NCBI RefSeq assembly: GCF_964204865.1
Contig: NC_135257.1
Location: 11,904,001-11,968,000, forward strand
Direction: 5' to 3'
DNA from: Styela clava
Taxonomy: Eukaryota
Length of the DNA: 64,000 nt
How positions within the stretch are numbered: the first letter of the stretch is position 1; the number at the start of each line of letters is the position of its first letter. This document shows positions 60,413 to 64,000 of the stretch, one piece after another. The position numbers and the translations under genes were made by a program. The notes under the pieces are model-generated. The model worked only from the letters and a program-made list of their open reading frames with translations, had not been told where the DNA came from and ran no database searches.

Positions 60413-62399
60413 GGTGTATATTCTTTTTTTCACTGTATTTTAAATCTACGTGATATAAGAGGTATATACTGGTATTTTCAAAATAAAAGTAAATTATAAG
60501 ATGATATCAGTTTATGGTAAAAACATTGAGGATATTTTTCCGAAAATATCATGACAGTATTTATTCGAAACTACAGAACTATCGTCATATCGAAAATGAG
60601 CAACAGCAATCAAGATCAAATATTGAATTATGTTTCTCAGAGTGCTCCCTTTTAACATATATATACAATATAACACCGTCCCTAGTGTCTGTATGGACAG
60701 TGAACCCCCTTAATATAGCCGTTGTGCAAACATTGAAAATTTACAACAGCGGCTGGCATAAAGTTTTGTAGAACTTAGGATAACAATGTACTTTTCTCCT
60801 TATCGCTATTAATTGTCAAACATAGAACAGTTTTTATAAAACGAAAGAAATTAGCATGAACTTTAACGTAATAAAAACGTTCATGGTCGAAGTTTTCGAA
60901 CGCTCTTCTGTAATGCAACCCAGCATAATATAATTTGATTCAACACCATGCGTACGAATTCTGATCACCCATAGACTTATAATATATATATATACTCTGA
61001 TTAGATGATCAAAATTCTAAACTAACTGATTTCATCAATGGTTATATGATTCTTTACATAAATACGCTATGTTAGCGTTGTTCAAGACATCTGAGAAATT
61101 ATTTACAATATAAACTGATTTATATTTGAAAAAATGTGCACAGACACGTATTGACAAAAAAGATAAGCTAATTCCGTTTACTGTTGTTCTTATGAATATA
61201 GTCTACAGTACAATATATCTTAATTCTCAATGCTCCTGATCTCTCCAAATCTGGTCCTGGGAAATTCACCCCACTTCCTCGCCAAGCTCTCAACATTGAG
61301 CATCTTCGGGATGTCGTCCGTTTTTATAGGCACCGACCACCGATTTTTTCCCGACGACAAATGGAAATTTGTTTTCGTCATATACTTGCGCTGAGTTATT
61401 ATTCAGCAAAATATCACGCAAAAACTGATAACGCGATCGAAGCGTGCGAGTCAAAAGGATTAATGCTGATGTGTATTTAACCTCGTTCGTGTGACATCCG
61501 TATCCGACAGTGAAAAGTGTGAATTAAAAAATTTGTATATTGATATCTGATAATTTTACCAATTAATTTTTGAAGGTGACAGTTCCTGCTGCGACTGTTA
61601 TTTTGGTCACTGATACCAATTGGAATAATTAGCCCCGAATAAATAAATTTAATTCAACATTTGGTTTACTAAATGTGGTATATGGAATGAATACTTTGAG
61701 TTGACGTTTATTCAAGTTAGTAACGTCTAAGTTGATGTTTATGAAAATAGCTCACTATCTTATTTTAGTTAAATCACTGGGTTCTGTAGAAATTCATTGC
61801 AAAACTGCTAAATGATAAATCGGGGTTGTATGACAACCTTAGGTAATTCGATCCAGCTTATTAATTTAGGGCAAATTTGTAAGTACTTTTTCTGCACATT
61901 ACCCACAAAAAACAGCTTTTTTTAATAAAAAATGTCTTTTCAAGATTGTGGAGATAATAACGTATTTTCCAATGAAATCTTATCGACACTTTGTCACATT
62001 ATATCCGCCAGATCGGCGGGATAAACGATTCACGTGAAACCGCGCGATGACAATAAGACTCCCTTATAATATTGAAGCGGAATTTGTTATTTTTGATATA
62101 ATGTAAGTAAATATTTTTCTCAGTCGAAAACGTATTCTGGCTATATACATATGTATATATAAATTAATGGTTATACCTATATTAAATTAATCAAACTAAA
62201 CATACGTTTATAAGGTTTGATTGGATAGTACACGTTTAACTATTCTATTCTAAAACACTAGGTAATAGACCTTACCAGGAAATAGGCACAAGAAATGCAA
62301 AATGAATAATAAAAACAGACCATTAATCTCCCCTGTCTGATATTACATTTTAGACATTTCACTTTCTCGGTATCGAAGACACATGTTAATACATAATTT

Positions 62400-62611
62400 G
62401 GTTCTCCGGTAGCGTGTGTACCAGGTTAGAGTTAGGCCATAATTTTATTAATTTTCCTTATTTTAGTTCTATTTCGAGTTCGGGGACTGTCTGCGTTAGC
62501 CAAGTGAATATACCCCTTGCCCATAGGCTTCAGTCCCTTTACGCAACTTGATGTAAAGTAGGCGAACAAAATTAGTTACCTCCTTATTGGTACACATACT
62601 TCTGGAGCGCC
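62400..62611. mobile_element. GG..CC MITE, reverse-orientation copy of the 49322 family
   Basis: GGTTCTCC...TGGTACACATACTTCTGGAGCGCC aligns to the reverse complement of 49322-49526. Flanks CATAATTT / TATAATTG. Confidence 0.75.
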
Positions 62612-64000
62612 TATAATTGTACATACTGCCAAACCAGATGCAACTGAATTGGGAAAGGAACGTTGTATTATTCTTCCTCTTTTGCTACGCCTTTGTTTGT
62701 CAAAAGTGTTGATATCACGATCAATCGCAAGCTCGTACTGTAATGTCACAAAAGCTATTGTATTAATTTTTATTGTTGCTTTTCATGCGAAATCAAATAT
62801 TACGGAACGTGTGTCAGTCACGATTCGCGGTTTTTCTTTATTGCTTTAATTTTACTCCCCTGCTAAAATACGAGTGTCGCCACATTCGTTTTAAGAAGAT
62901 ATTTCACTATTTTTTGTCGTTTTACGTCTGTGGTGTGCAATATACATATGGGATTGCCAACTAACTACTTATTATTGTCCGCAATCTCCAGTGTATTACT
63001 AAAATGCTCAGCGATTTTTCTTTTTTTGTTGGTAATCATTCGTCACAAAGTTATTTAAGCACAACAAAACATATGAAATTTATCTGTTTAAACTTCTCGA
63101 TTACGAAAATTTTGGCATCACGTGAATATCAATTTTGGTTTATGCTTGCGAAGTCCCCGCTGAACAATGAAACTTAACCACAACTCCGTTTAAACAAATT
63201 TTGTTTTGAGGTACTTTTCAAAAATTTCTAAATATAGAGTACGTACGTCGACAAATTTTAAGCATGAAAACGACTAGTTCTAACTCTTGGAATCAAAAAT
63301 CTCATCAAAACGTGTTATAACCGTATGCGTTTTTCGCTGTTTGTCTTTAACACAGAATTACGCTTTGTGCTACCAGTAAATATAATATTAGGCATAATCA
63401 CTCTATCTGACTCATATAACACTCAGGACTTTGTTAGAAAAGTTTCGCGGTACTCTCCCGTTACGCCCTTCCTGCCGTATGCATTGGAACCAAGTGCTTT
63501 TCCTGCCTGTCGTCTTCGACACAGGATTACCCGTAGAACTACTAACAAATATATTACGAGACAAACTCATTCAATCAGAATCATAAAACATTCTGGATTA
63601 CGTTGGCAATATTCTCAAGCACTTCTAACTAACTGGAGGAATCGGCTGCTCGATAATAAGCCATTTTCTGATGATGCAATTGATGATGTCCCACTAACAA
63701 TAACTACTATTCATTGTTATTATTGAATTTAGCAACAAAGTGGAAGACAACCAATTTAACATCCTAAATTAAGCGTTATGTGGTCGCATAAATTTAGCCT
63801 GAAATGGATTCTCCATATTACACAGATCGTATTGTGACGTCACGTGAAGAAAATTTTTTGCTTCAGCATTTTACCTCTGTGACACTGTGAGCGAGCTTTG
63901 TTTCTCGTTTCTTAAATTCAATTTCTCCCAAATTGAGGTTTCTTTTTTCGAGCATTGAGGCATGGGTGTTTCAATAACTTATTATTGTCGCAGATTTTTC

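Noticed and set aside
63325-63726. 133-aa plus-strand ORF
   Set aside because: No domain similarity or splice partners; likely a chance ORF upstream of ALDH.

Overview
AT-rich, intron-containing animal genomic DNA. It is most likely an ascidian (tunicate), inferred from the I-domain integrin alpha, short GT-AG introns, tightly packed housekeeping genes and unpaired 3' splice acceptors before start codons. Genes reconstructed by hand, in order: a 3'-truncated I-domain integrin alpha (+), UBA3 (+), NUP88 (-), CDPF1 (-), intronless NMD3 (-), fructose-1,6-bisphosphatase (+), AAAS/aladin (-), CCT3 (+) and a divergent ALDH1A-like gene (-). There are two nested genes. A 3-exon Cys-type GPX7 lies antisense inside an ALDH intron. 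An intact 5-exon TEX56/DUF4523-like (RRM-like) gene, only partly visible in the ORF track, lies on the SAME strand inside a NUP88 intron, and its upstream acceptor is in frame with the preceding NUP88 exon. NMD3-CDPF1-NUP88 are co-oriented and only 0.55-0.64 kb apart, a candidate trans-spliced operon linking the 60S export adaptor to the nucleoporin needed for 60S export. Another NUP88 intron (6.9 kb) is a nested transposon complex holding two near-identical ~2.05 kb hAT elements in inverted orientation, each with its own 8-bp TSD. Many MITEs (Buster/hAT, and GG..CC-ended elements with TTAGGG motifs), SINEs and a LINE relic are also present. Gene identities come from recalled family motifs, not database searches.
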